Below, piece by piece: positions 14,945 through 27,966 of a stretch of 64,000 nt of DNA; the stretch's first letter is position 1; each line of letters starts with the position of its first letter. The notes below the pieces were generated by a model. It was given only the letters and a program-made list of their open reading frames with translations, was not told where the DNA came from and searched no databases. The position numbers were made by a program, and so were the translations under genes. Source of the DNA: Octopus sinensis (lineage: Eukaryota). Location: NCBI RefSeq assembly GCF_006345805.1, contig NC_043013.1:25110001-25174000 (forward strand), given 5' to 3'.

Positions 14945-15020
14945 CATATATACACACGCACACACATATATACACACGCACACACATTACACACACAAAT
15001 ACACACACACACGCACGCTT
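13107..15020. repeat. 1.9-kb compound microsatellite (TA)n(CATA)m(CA)k
   Basis: Direct inspection. Other large tracts at 100-310, 1895-2015, 12110-12552, 18380-18625 and 58945-59335. Confidence 0.97.
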
Positions 15021-15049
15021 TGACACTCTTTGATAGGTTTCTGTCAGTA

Positions 15050-15972
15050 TTGGCCCAGGCCATGTCTAACTCAATAGTACTTGCTGGCAAAGTCATTCAA
15101 ATCAGGAATCAGACAACATGACCCATTCAATCAGAGAGTTATTGTTTATGGAGACATATCCAGGTGTAGGAGGTTTATCCAGGTTTTCTTGAAGGAATTT
15201 GTTCAAAGACTTCTTGAACTTTACGTGGTCTGCTTCTGCTTTGATGTGTTTTAGTGTAAGGTTAAAGAGAGTAGAGCCAATCAAAGTGAAATAATTATGC
15301 CATATTGTTGTTATGAGATGCAAGTGTGATTTACGCTGTGGGTGGACAGTGCAGGGCCCAACCCTTGGATGTATCTTAAATGTGATGCCAACATCATTTG
15401 AACAATGCTGATGGAATATCTTCCACGTCATGCAGATGATGTGGCACTCACAGCAACATTGGAGAGAATAAAGCTTAAGCTTTTCTAGTAGACCCCAATA
15501 GTCAAGGCCTGTCATGCCATCTATCTGTCTTTTTTTGTAATTGATCTTTGTAGTGCTTCAACTTTCATGATACTTTGTTTTGTGTGAGAGACCACAGTGG
15601 ACAACAGTATTCAAGGTGGGGGTCAAGCAAAAATGGAAAAGAGAAGGATAATGTATAGATATCTCAAGTGGAAAGTTTTGAGAATCCAGCAACACATTCT
15701 GTGCGCCAATGTCATCTTTACTGTTTATATGAGCGGCCCAGCTTATGTTGTTGTTCACAATTACTCCCAAGTCTTTGATGTTGTTGGATGTCATGAGAGT
15801 TTCACCTGAAAGAAGGGAGTATGGGAGTTTCAGGGTACCTTCTTTTCCGAAGTTGATAAACTCAAATTTGTCCTCATTCAGCAGCATATTGTTCTTTTCC
15901 ACCCATTGGATGACGGCCAGTAAGTCTGACTGAAGGCATGTCCGGTCACTCACTTCATTGATGACCTTCTGC
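15050..15972 (-). mobile_element. CR1/L2-group LINE 3' fragment (RT C-terminus), frameshifted
   Basis: LQSDL....W...N.M.LN.DK, IKDLGVIV.N.ISW..HI, LDYW..L.KLKLYSLQ, PPTPGY....NSL.EW. Confidence 0.88.
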
Positions 15973-16491
15973 AGCTATATATATAACAAATATATACATA
16001 TATATCATATATAGCATATTGATATTCAGACTCTGCACTTTGAGGTTTTTACTCTAAATGGCCTCACTATGTTTCTATGAAGTGTTAGCACTGGAACTCT
16101 GTGTGTGTGTGTGTGTGTATGTATGTGTGTGTGTATGTGTATGTATGTACACGTCTGTGCGTATGCACAGTACATTCATCATATGCAGAAAAAAACTTTT
16201 TAACTTGTTAGATATTATACATTGAATGGTGATAAATCAAATTTTTTGTATTTATGTGAGACAAGAATTTGAACTTTCAGCAGTGGAGCTCATGTATGTC
16301 AGTAGCATTTTAAAATTCTTTTTGGTGGGGGTTATTTCATACAAACATCTAAATAAAAAAAAAAAAAATCACTAGATTGCTAACTATGATGGATTGTTTT
16401 TTTCCCAAAAAATAAATGTCAAATAAAAAGGAAAGAAATTCAATGAGATGAAAATAACAAGATGAAATGTGAACCTTCTTGGAGGACTTAC

Positions 16492-16705
16492 CTTCAAGAT
16501 CATAATCTGGTTCTGCTTCAACTTCATCAGGTTCTGAGCAGGAGCTGGAATCTTCTATAAAGTTATCAGTAGATACTGTCTGGGAACAGGTGCGTAAATA
16601 CTCAGATTCACATTCTTGTTCGGCTTGTTCATATAATTTCAAATATTCACCTCGTTCTAAAGAATTCGGTGCAGAATCTCCAGTTAACCCAGTTTTTCGT
16701 TCACC
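16492..16705 (-). CDS. MGRN1: MGRN1 acidic tail exon, 214 nt, phase 0-1
   Basis: taacag/gtaagt. Encodes GERKTGLTGDSAPNSLERGEYLKLYEQAEQECESEYLRTCSQTVSTDNFIEDSSSCSEPDEVEAEPDYDLE. Confidence 0.87.
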
Positions 16706-17667
16706 CTGTTAAATATACAATAAAGTTTAGAGAATTAAGAAAAACATCAATATTTATGAAACTAAATAAACGCAAACTTTAATCCTACATCAGGTATTGT
16801 GAAAATAGCACCAATTAAATGTGAATTCATTCACATAAATTATTAAACAAGGTTTTCAAATTTTTGCACAAGGTCAGCAATTTCAGGGGTGGGTGATAGT
16901 CAGTTATATTGACACCAATATTGAGTGTGATTGATGCCAGTTATATTGACACCAATATTGAGTGTGATTGATGCCAGTGCTGCCTGACTGGCTCCCATGC
17001 TGATAGCATGTAAAAAGCACCATTCAAGCGTGGTCAATGCCAGTGCTGGCTGACTGGTCCTGTACCAGTGGCACATAAAAAGCACCATCCAAGGGTCGCT
17101 GATGCCAGAACCACCTGACTGGCCCTCATGCCGGTGGCACATAGAAAGCACCCACTACACTCTCAAAGTGGTTGGTGTTAGGAAGAGCATCCAGCTGTAG
17201 AAACTTTGCCAGATGAGATTGGAGCCTGGTGCAGCCTTCTGGCTCGCCAGCCCTCAGTCAACCCGTCCAACCCATGCCAGCATGGAAAGCGGACGTTAAA
17301 CAATGACGATGATGATGATTCAGCTGGTACTTATTTTAGCAACCTTAGAAAGATGAATGGTGATGTCAACCTTGGTGGAATTTTAATTAGAGACTTGAAA
17401 TACCATAAAGCGTTTTGCCCAGCATGCTAACAATCCTACCACTTCACCACCTCCGTAAATTATTAAATATTAAATGCTTGAATACAATTGATACTTAAAA
17501 TTCTCCCTGATGAATAGTTATTTAGTTTCATCAAAAGATGAGAGCTTAGCTAATAAAATTATTAGTTCAAGCATGATTCTGGCACCCTTGGCAAGTTTCT
17601 TTAACTGCAGCCCCAAATTAACTATGAGAAACTGAATTGAAGTAAAAACTGCGGAAATTCTCTAGAC

Positions 17668-17854
17668 CAGTGCTCCACAACTGGTATGCCACAGTACACT
17701 GGTGTGCCACAAGATGGTGCTAGGTACGTCACAGTGTAACTGGAATATAACTTTTTACTCTATACTCTTAGTTATATTGTTTTCAAAATTTGGCAGCACA
17801 CCTGGACTAAAAATAAAAGTGTACTGCAAGTGAAAATAAGGTTGCAGAGCACTG
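17668..17854. mobile_element. hAT (Charlie-type) MITE
   Basis: TIRs CAGTGCTC...GAGCACTG with a perfect 8-bp TSD CTCTAGAC at 17660-17667 and 17855-17862. Confidence 0.9.
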
Positions 17855-18376
17855 CTCTAGACTGTAACCATTCTTGGGTAGAGCAGAGCTAACCCTTTGA
17901 CTGGTTTAACAGCACCATGTGGCCCTCAAAGGGCTTTACTTGAGTCCACTTTCAGGTCCCTTATCTGAAGATGGATAACTCAACAGCTTCACATACTGCT
18001 TCCTATGGCTATAAATTATGGTGTTTTCTGCTCTTTCCCCTCTTCTCAGTCTTTAAGGCCCTACTAACATCATGAGTGCTGCACTTCCATCTCTAGCAAA
18101 CCTCTTTCAATTGCTTTGGATAATATAGTAATTAGGTTTTTATGCTTATTTGTTTTAGAGCTGAATACTATTATCATGTCTGGAAAAATATGCCACAATT
18201 AAGTGGTATCCTTTTTAAACAATAAAGCAATTTATTTGAGTACATAAAAAGGAAAAGAAAAACCCAGATGCTTTCCACCTAATTGTTCCATTCCATTCAT
18301 ATTAACAAAGGAAACCGAATTTAAAATAAAAACTCTTCAAATATAGGAAACAAATATGAGAAAAAATTAAACAAAG

Positions 18377-18416
<40 letters not shown>

Positions 18417-18593
18417 GTGTGTGTGTGTGTGTGTTGTGTGTGTGTGTGTGTGTGTGTTGTGTGTGTGTGTGTGTTGTGTGTGTGTGTGTGTTGTGTGTGT
18501 GTGGTGGTGTGTGTGTGTGTGTGTGTGGTGTGTGTGTGTGTGTGGTGTGTGTGGTGTGTGTGTGTGTGTGTGTTGTGTGTGTGTGTGTGTGTG

Positions 18594-18626
<33 letters not shown>

Positions 18627-18664
18627 TGTGAAAAAAACACAGATTAACCCAAAAGTAAACTTAC

Positions 18665-18770
18665 AGTCATTTGTCGTTCCGTTTTATCACTGAGGGCATC
18701 AGAAGATATACTATTGACGCTATTCAGTTTGATTTTGCCTTGCGGTTTGTTCTCCTCACATATTTGATGG
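18665..18770 (-). CDS. MGRN1: MGRN1 C-terminal tail exon, 106 nt, phase 2-0
   Basis: tcatag/gtaagt. Encodes HQICEENKPQGKIKLNSVNSISSDALSDKTERQMT. Phases fit both neighbours. Confidence 0.85.
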
Positions 18771-18816
18771 CTATGAAGTAAAGCAATATTAAATATATGC
18801 ACATGTATGTATACAT

Positions 18817-18852
<36 letters not shown>

Positions 18853-19864
18853 CGATATATTTCTCTCAATATATATATTGTTTGTAAAAAATGATGAATC
18901 AGAAAGAAGCACACTCTAAGATATAGAGTAGTATATATTAAGGGGTCATAAGCCAAAAGGTTTTTGGGATCTGATGAGATGACATGAAGCTAAACCCTTT
19001 ATAGATGGGAAACCTAAGGTAATCCCATAAATCGGCCTTCCCTATTTTTGATATATACATATAGAGGGAGAGATAAAGAAGGTAAATGCAATGAATAATG
19101 AAAAACAAGGCAACAAAAGAGGGACAGGGTTCAACAGATATGGTATTAACTAAACACTTTAATGGGAAGAGAAAGTGATGTGATGTTTTGGATGCTGGTA
19201 TTTCGTCAGAAGACAGAGAAAAGCAAAGGGGGAATGAGAAAGAAGAATAGGCATTGAGAAGGGGGTGAAAAATAAAAATAAAAAGAATGGTTAAAAATTA
19301 GTACTATGAGAATGCAGTTGTGTGTGTGAAAGTTGAGGAGGAAGAGTCATGTATAAGAGTGTGTTCATGCCTGGAAGTGGGGATGGGGGTATGTGTGCAG
19401 AAGTATCATGGTGGTGTGCATGTACGATTGTTAAGTGCATTATATGAAAGCATGGATATGAAGAGGTGAAAGTGGGTGTGGATATAACAACAAAAATATT
19501 TTTTCTCTTTACTGCCCACAGGGGGTGCTAAACATAGAGGGGAGAAACAAGGGCAGACAAAGGAATTAAGTTGATTACATCAACCCCAGGGTGTAACTGG
19601 CACTTATTTAATCAACCCTGAAAGGATGAAAGGCAAAGTCGACCTTGGTGGAATATGAACTGAGAACGTAACGGCAGATGAAATACCGCTAAGCATTTCA
19701 CTTGGCAGGCAAAAGGAGGGTGTGATAGATGTGCACATGTATGAATACAAAATGTTTAAGGATAGAAGAAACATTTAAACTGAAAGGACTTCAAGAAATT
19801 CACAATATTTATAAGGTGAAAATTAATTTGATGAAGAAATAAACATAGCATATTTCTAACTTAC

Positions 19865-20068
19865 ACAGCTTCTACATCACTCCCAGAATTCTTTTCATTT
19901 TCTTTATTACCTTGGTTACCAACAATTTCTGACATGACAACTTCAGGTGTCGTGGGCTGAATATTTTTGGCAATGATAGCTTCATTTGTTTTGTTTTCTT
20001 TGTCAACAAGATCATCATTGAGGTTCTGAGCCTGTTGACGGCTATTTGTCAATTCATTAGTTTGTCGA
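19865..20068 (-). CDS. MGRN1: MGRN1 C-terminal tail exon, 204 nt, phase 2-2
   Basis: ttgtag/gtaagt. Only one frame is open: RQTNELTNSRQQAQNLNDDLVDKENKTNEAIIAKNIQPTTPEVVMSEIVGNQGNKENEKNSGSDVEA. Confidence 0.87.
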
Positions 20069-20448
20069 CTACAAAAGAAATCACAAAAAAAAAATATATA
20101 TGCATAATTACTCAACATACAGAAATCCAATATAATTCTAAACCCATGTGACTAATTTATGAAAAACATATTTCAACAATTTCCAATTTTCAATTTGGAA
20201 TATTATTTTGCTTAGCATGATCTCTTATGATCTGTTATTGGAGAATTAAGAAATATATTCCACAGGCTATCCTCCCACCCCACCTTAAAAGAGTCATTTT
20301 ATTAACTTTTTTAGCTATACTTGTCAGCAGAATTTTGACCTTTATGGTTAAAAGGGTTTTAATTGAAGGTTAGTTATGTAAGCCCATAGTTTATTACATC
20401 CATTAACAGTTAGCAAGATGGAAGTATATTAGCAGTAGCTGTATTTAC

Positions 20449-20479
20449 CGTTTTAAAGATCTTTTCTTTTCACGGTTTC
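20449..20479 (-). CDS. MGRN1: MGRN1 small exon, 31 nt, phase 1-2 (not in ORF track)
   Basis: ttttaag|GAAACCGTGAAAAGAAAAGATCTTTAAAACG|gtaaat, encoding NREKKRSLK(R). Supplies exactly the 1-to-2 phase change needed between the flanking exons. Confidence 0.8.
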
Positions 20480-21639
20480 CTTAAAATAAAGAAGACACAT
20501 ATGTATATATATATAAATATTCATAACTAAAATAGTGCATTTTTTTCCTAAACTACAAAACAGAAGAAATTCACTGAAATAAGAATGCAGAAAGGAACAA
20601 GAATAAAAGTAGCAACAGTGAATGGAATATTAGTGAATACCTTAAAATTATATCATCACAATTAACTAAAATCCAAAAATACAAGAAAGTACAAAAAAGG
20701 TTACATTAGAATTTATGTAAATCTACAAATACACAATCAATAAAGTATTGGCTTATCTCACTTATGTTAAAATATTTATACAACATTATGAAAGGAATTT
20801 GTATTTTCTTCATGAGGAATCTCACTTTTAACATCTCTTGTTGCATTTCAGTCAATATATTCTCCAATCTCAAAATGGTTTAATTCATTTGATACTAACC
20901 TGCCCTAGACTACCTCTGCTTTCTATAAAAACTTCCTATTTTAAAATTATATTCCAAACACCAGTGTCACAATGACAGTTTACCATATTCTTCATTATTT
21001 TCAAAATAAATTGAAACAAAAGCTGTGTATTTTGACAGAAATTTGGTAACTAAAGGGTTTAGTAGACAATTATTAAACAAGTTCAGAATTAATATTGGTT
21101 TCAAATTTTGGCACAAGGCCAGAAAGTTCGAGGAGAGTGGGGTAAGTCAATTACATCAACCCCAGTGCTCAACTAGTCCTTATTTTATCAATCCTGAAAG
21201 GATAAAAGGCAAAGTGTCAACTTTGGTGGAATCTGAACTCAGGACATTAAGATAGATGAAATGCTGTTGCCCAGCAGGCTAACAAGCCAGCCAACTCACC
21301 ACCTTATTTCAGAGTATTAACAAATCTGATCACTAATGCAACAAATTAAGTATTTTTTCTTGTAATTGGAAACCATAGCAAAGATACCTAAAATTGTCTT
21401 TGTTATAGTCTTATTCATGTTTAGATGGCTTTTTTATATTTGAAAACATAAGAATTACAAATATACTTAAATATAAATATCTTTAAATTTGTTTGATCTA
21501 TTGTTATATGTATGTTGACATTAATAAGATTCAACAAGCAAAAGAGTAAACAGAACCTACTACATAACATATGTGTATCTTTGAAATGATTTGTTTAGAG
21601 AAGAGTAAAAATGAATTTAAACAGTTAAAAATTTGTCAA

Positions 21640-21680
<41 letters not shown>

Positions 21681-24600
21681 AAAATATAAAAAGAGAAAAT
21701 GCAGAGAATATATATATATGCTCTTATGAGAAAATATTTGCACAGTTGACCGGTTTCGTTTGTACTAATCATGACTGATTAGTGATAATTTTACAATGTC
21801 ATGTCATCATAAAAAGTTTTCATTCCATGTTAGTAGGAGGAGAAACTTCTTATGATAGCATGAAATTGTAATGTTATCACTAATTTCTTTGTCAACCGGT
21901 TGACTATGAAAATATTTTATCTCTCACACACACACACACATATATAGTGTATCTTGCTTTGTTTTATATTTTCCACTGCAATTCACCATATGTGGAAAAA
22001 ATTATTTTCAGTAAAGTTTTTTCACTACCACACGCACACACATATATATATATATACACACACATACAAAACATTGGTATAGTAGATAACAGCACTAAAA
22101 AGAAAATAATCATTGGAAATAAAAGTTTTTAATTGGAAGCCAACTAAGAAAATGTATGGAACACTTGGAGAATATATTGGTTTAAATCTAGCTGCAAATT
22201 AAGTTGTCCTTAGTAAAATAGTTTCAGTGCTTTAGCATGTCTGCATTCTATTCTTAATTTGGTTTCTTCATGAGACAGCTAAAGCATATATGCACAAGAT
22301 TTTTTGATAGCACAACTTCTATTTTATTACTCCTTTTTTTTCTGTACTCTGTTTGAAAGCAAGATACTCAGTTTAACTTTTATTCATTGATCCAATAAAA
22401 GAGTTGTCAACTTCTTGTTCAATATGCTAGAAATAGAAGCCAAATCTTCTTTAATGTACACTCTATTAACTTAAAAACTAAGAACACACTGAATAATATA
22501 GTTGTAAATACACTTTAAACATACAAAAAAAGACAGGGTAGTCATAGCTGAAAGCCTGGAGTTTATTGGCTCCGTAATTCGAAAGGCATTATTTCTAAAT
22601 TATATGTAGGAATAGCTGTTACATATTTCAGAAACAATACACACACACACAGAATGTGATCTTAAGTAGCTCTAACTGAATTAGTTTCAAATTTTGGCAC
22701 AAGGTCAGCAATCTGAAGGGTGGGGGTAAGTCGATTACATCAACCCCAGTGCATAACTGGTACTTATTTCATTGACCCTGAAAGGATGAAAGACAAAGTC
22801 AATATCAGCAGAACTCAGATTGCAAAGACCGGTGAAATGCCTCTAAGCATTTTAACCAGCATGCTAACAATTCTATCAGTCCTACCACCTTACATATCTC
22901 TATCTAAATTTTTCAAATTATAAAAAAATAACAATTGGCATAACAGGGGGTTAAAAAGTTTGCTTTGCAATCCCATGGTTTTCAGTTCAATCTCACTGTG
23001 TTGCACTTTAGGCCAAGAAAAGTTTTGTGGGCAGCAGAAACTGAAAGAAACCCACTCAGTGTATGTCTGTGTATTTACATTTGGGTTTATGATAGTCATT
23101 CCTTTCAAATTGTGTTGCTGTTGTCACTTCAGTCAACAAATCATCAGCTCACTTTGAACCTTTGAAAATGTATAAGTGGTCCTTTATTTCAAAAAAGGGT
23201 AAGGGTTAACAACAGGAAGGGCACCTAGCTGTAAAACAATGCCTTAATAATATAAACATTTGACCTGTGCTAGCATGGGAAAACAGATGTAAAAATAATG
23301 GAAACAACTTTTGTGTGTGTCTGTGTGTGTGTACGTGTATATGTACATATAATGTATGTAGCTTAAAAAACAAAAATGTTTCAAAACTCAAATACAAATA
23401 ACTATAAAAATAATATACCATGCAAAATAAAATTTTTAAATATATAAAATAACTGAAATAAAATAATATGAATGTAAAAAACAAAAACAAAAAATTAAAG
23501 AAATATCCAAGGTATCTGTAAAAATATTCAGGTATGAAATTACTGCATCTGGAGCAGAATTAGTAAATAAGAGAATTTAAGGAAGTCAAAATCAAAGTTA
23601 AAAAAGGAGGCTTGGATAAAAGAAAAGAATTAAAAGAAAAAGAAATATATAAATAGACCAAAAATAAATAAATAAAATAAAATTTCTTTCTTTACCCATT
23701 TTATTTCAAAACTGTAACTGACTCAGAAAAATATCTAAACAACCAAAACCCAGCCATTTTGAATGTACTTTGAAATGGCTTGGTTTTGGCCACTTGCATT
23801 TTTTGTATTTTCTTATTGTCATCAGCATTTAATGTCCATTTTCCATGCTGGCAAGGGGTGGAAGGTTTGAGAGGGTCTGACAAGCTGCAGAGAGGTGTCA
23901 GACCCCAATATCAGTTTTGGCATAGTTTCTATGGCTGGGTGCTCTCCCTAATGTCAACTATTTTACATTGAGTACTGGGCATTTTATAAAAGCGTTTACC
24001 CAAGTCCTGATGTAGGCAGACCCTCACATAAATGTACCATTGTTCCCATCATTTGTATCCTCATGTGTTTAGCTTTGTATTAAAATGTTTTAAATCAAAT
24101 GACAAATCAACTAAAAACTTAATTAAATCTAACTCCAAACTAAAATATACAAATATAAATTTAAATACAAATTTTTAACTGAATAATGTATAAGTTTCTA
24201 AATAAATTAAATGATAGAAATATGTTAAACAATTAGGAATTGATTAATATACAAACATACAAAAAAATTAAGAAAAATGTCACTAAAAAGTTACATTTTA
24301 CTTTAGGTAATTAAAACAATTTACTAAGAACCTAATATTGAGTTATACAAAAATTCCACTGCATTGAAAGAGATCAGTGAAATATTGTTAGTGAATTAGT
24401 TTTACTGTAAATATCACCAGTCGACTGCAAGTTTTGTGAGAGTATTGTTGACAGTCAGATTATGTGACAAGGCAGAAATTATATGTAATACCAATTATGC
24501 AACTAATATTCTTAGCTAAAATATGGTTATATACAAATATATATAAATTGAATTGAAAGCCTACACTAACTGATATTAATAAACAATTAGGTAGATCTAC

Positions 24601-24889
24601 AAGTCAGTAAAGAAATTTGCATCGATGCTCATTGTAGTGGTCAAATTTCTCAACAATCTCTTCCTATTAATCTTGGGCCTATAGGATACAATAAAAACAT
24701 AGCAACCAAGGCTAAAACAAAGTTTGATCAAAACAGACACACACAGTATCTTATATCTATATATACAGTAAACACGAGGGTGGATCTCATTTCAATCATC
24801 TACTAAGCACACCTGGCATTATGTTACTCAACATTAACAAGCTAAATTTATTATTAAATTCTTTATTATTAAACCATACACATGTCTTG

Positions 24890-25070
24890 AGAGGACATGG
24901 ATCTGCGCATGAAGAAACCATGTCAGTGGTTGATGATGTGTAACGTCTGCTGTGTTTGTAGAGGCCCAAATAGGAGGGGCAGTCACGCATACAGTAACTG
25001 CATTTGAAGGAGCTCTCTGCTAGTACTACTGGTTTTTCCTTCAATCAAGTACACTTTTCTTAGGTGGTGA
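24890..25070 (-). mobile_element. RTE/BovB-type LINE C-terminal fragment
   Basis: FKCSYCMRDCPSYLGLYKHSRR resembles the RTE terminal C2H2 motif F.C..C.R.C.SRIGL.SH.R. Confidence 0.6.
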
Positions 25071-26140
25071 GTTTCATACACATAGCCATGTGGTTAAAAA
25101 GTTTGCTCTGCAATTAAATGATTCCAAGTTGAGTCTCCACTGTCAACACTTTGGGCAAGTGCCTTCTACAGTGGTCAACCAATATTCTGTAAGTGGAACT
25201 AAGTAGATAGAAACTGTGTGAAAGTTTATCATGCATGTATGTGTATCTGTATGTGTGTCCATGTTTATATCTACCAGTGTGTCGAGTTCAACATAATCAC
25301 ACCAACAATGAAATAACATAGCTTATATATGAATAAAAGAGAGGTGGATGTTTTTAGTAATAAAATAGATATGCAAATAAAACTAATGGATATGTAATGC
25401 AATTATAGATGAGACAGGAATTAATGATTGAGGATGTTTGTGATGAAGGTAGACAAAAGAGAGTTTTGAACAGAGTATTCAAATCAAATTTAAGAAGACA
25501 ACACAGAATTGTGCAGCAGTTAGAGAAATGCTGCATTACAGACTCACCCACCACAAATGTATGCAACAATGACAATGATAACTTTGAGAATATTGATGTT
25601 AAAATGTTAATAATGGTGATGATGACAATAATGACTTTTGTCCTCAGCAGACTTTATTATTTATTTTAGTAAGAAGCTAATTAATGATCAGATCTTCATT
25701 ACAGAATCTAAAGCAATTTAAAATACAGAAATATATTTCTGAAATCAAAGAAGTCCAGTATATATATACATATCTAAAATTATAATATATCTTGTATGTA
25801 CAAACAGATCTATGATTGCTATTGTTAAGATTAGAGCTTCACATAATCATATTCCAGTCTGCTTCCAATATAGTGATTAAGCAACTGCTATACTTAGCGG
25901 TATTACGAGTCATGATATAGAGAGCAAATGTAGAAGAAATATAAATGACTATGAAAGGTGTTTAACCATCTGAGTTAGGTAATGTCATATACAAAAGTGT
26001 TTATAAAAGACTAATGGATAATTTGCTCTTCTAGTCACTGAAAAATAACTAGTATTGTTTTCCTATGTCAAACTATATTGAGGATATGGTACACTGTCCA
26101 TGAAATATAACAGAATGAAGCAGGAGACATTTGAAAGAAA

Positions 26141-26788
26141 AATTCCTAACTTATCAAGTCATGAAAACCTTGTAGCCACAAGACTGCAATATAAATTGTA
26201 TTCGTATTCAAGATGAAAACATATTCTAGCCCTCAATTGTTGACATTTTATGATGACAACTGAAGACTTCATCTTCATATAATTCCTAACTTATCTTCAT
26301 ATAATTCCTAACTTATCTTCATATAATTCCTAACTTATCAAGTCATGAAAACCTTGTAGCCACAAGACTGCAATATAAATTGTATTCGTATTCAAGATGA
26401 AAACATATTCTAGCCCTCAATTGTTGACATTTTATGATGACAACTGAAGACTTCATCTTCATATAATTCCTAACTTATCTTCATATAATTCCTAACTTAT
26501 CAAGTCATGAAAACCTTGTAGCCACAAGACTGCAATATAAATTGTATTCGTATTCAAGATGAAAACACATTCTAGCCCTCAATTGTTGACATTTTATGAT
26601 GACAACTGAAGACTTCATCTTCATATAATTCCTAACTTATCTTCATATAATTCCTAACTTATCAAGTCATGAAAACCTTGTAGCCACAAGACTGCAATAT
26701 AAATTGTATTCGTATTCAAGATGAAAACACATTCTAGCCCTCAATTGTTGACATTTTATGATGACAACTGAAGACTTCATCTTCATAT
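26141..26788. repeat. Composite tandem repeat: four 140-bp units interspersed with 22-bp subunits (2,1,1)
   Basis: Units at 26141, 26325, 26487 and 26649. The subunit is aattcctaacttatcttcatat. Confidence 0.95.
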
Positions 26789-27796
26789 AATGCATCAAGA
26801 GTAATCAGTTTAGTAAAAATGCACCCTTCTCAAAGCAGCATATGCAACAGCTGAACTCATTTCTACAAGATATCAAAACATTCAATTTTTGTGCTGCTGT
26901 AGTAACTTGCTTCAATGAATCGGTTCACCCTAAAGTACCTACTTACAGTTAGATGGCATGGGCCACTGAGAGTAAACATAATAACATCGTTGGCAGGGTT
27001 TGAACCATCTTCCCTTCATCTGATAGTATGGTACTCTATCAATTTTGCTATTTGTGACTCATTTACTCTTCGAAAGTAAAGATATGTTCGAAACTAAACT
27101 ATGGCTCTCATAGCAACCAAACCATCTTGCTATCTTGAAAGAAAGAAAACGATACATAAGATCATGCAGTCCCAGATATACCAGAACAGGATGGTCATGG
27201 ATGGAACTTCCATTACAGATGTGCTTGATCAGAGCTAACCCAGAGCTAAACAACAAGTGCTTTCTTAAAAGAAACAGTACTACTTTTTTCTCTAAGTCTC
27301 TCTTACATGCAATGACCCTTTCTCTATTTATTTATTGTTGCTCACACAATACAAGCATCTTTCTCCCATTGTCCTTTGTACCTCATAAGGTATTTAATAC
27401 TTTGCACAATCTTTCTTCTTCTGAACTAAAATAGAATTATAGGGAAGAGGAGATTACTAGGATGTATATTACATTGTTTTTAACATAGAAACCTATATTT
27501 TGAAGTGTTTTATTTCCAATAGCAACAAAATATATCTATTCATAATTGTTACTTGTATTGAAATATATTTAACTCTTCATCAGGATGCAATATCAATTTC
27601 TAAAGGGATAAACTGAAAACATTTTTGCGAAATACAATATAGAACAAATTTAAACTGATATTAATCTAATTACAATAACATAATAACCCGGATAAAACTG
27701 ACTAATTATGATATCAAATAATAAAAAGAAGTATAAGGAATTAGAAAACTAGCAAAAAGAGAGAGAGAATTTTCACAAAAGGAAAACCATTCTTAC

Positions 27797-27811
27797 TTAG
27801 ATTATTTTCTC
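27797..27811 (-). CDS. Candidate 15-nt microexon (phase 1-1)
   Basis: tgttag|GAGAAAATAATCTAA|gtaaga, encoding ENNL. Supported by splice motifs only. Confidence 0.25.
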   Translation of the reverse strand, partial: EKII

Positions 27812-27966
27812 CTAACACCAGACAAATCAAACATGAGCAAATACTATATCCAAGACATTAAGAAAGTAAGTACAGACAGCATCAACAAAATTTGAAGAAG
27901 ATAAATACACAATTTCGAAAATTAAGAAAATATACAATGATAAAAATCTTTTCTGCCAACACATAC

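Noticed and set aside
13024-15121. ORFs of 449-678 aa (YIHT/MCVY-rich), and similar ones at 13-506, 12089-12662, 18302-18693 and 58865-59357
   Set aside because: They are translations of TA/CA/TG microsatellites, which lack stop codons in several frames on both strands.
26141-26788. CRISPR-like repeat/spacer appearance
   Set aside because: The 'spacers' are near-identical to each other, there are no cas genes, and the context is a eukaryotic intron.
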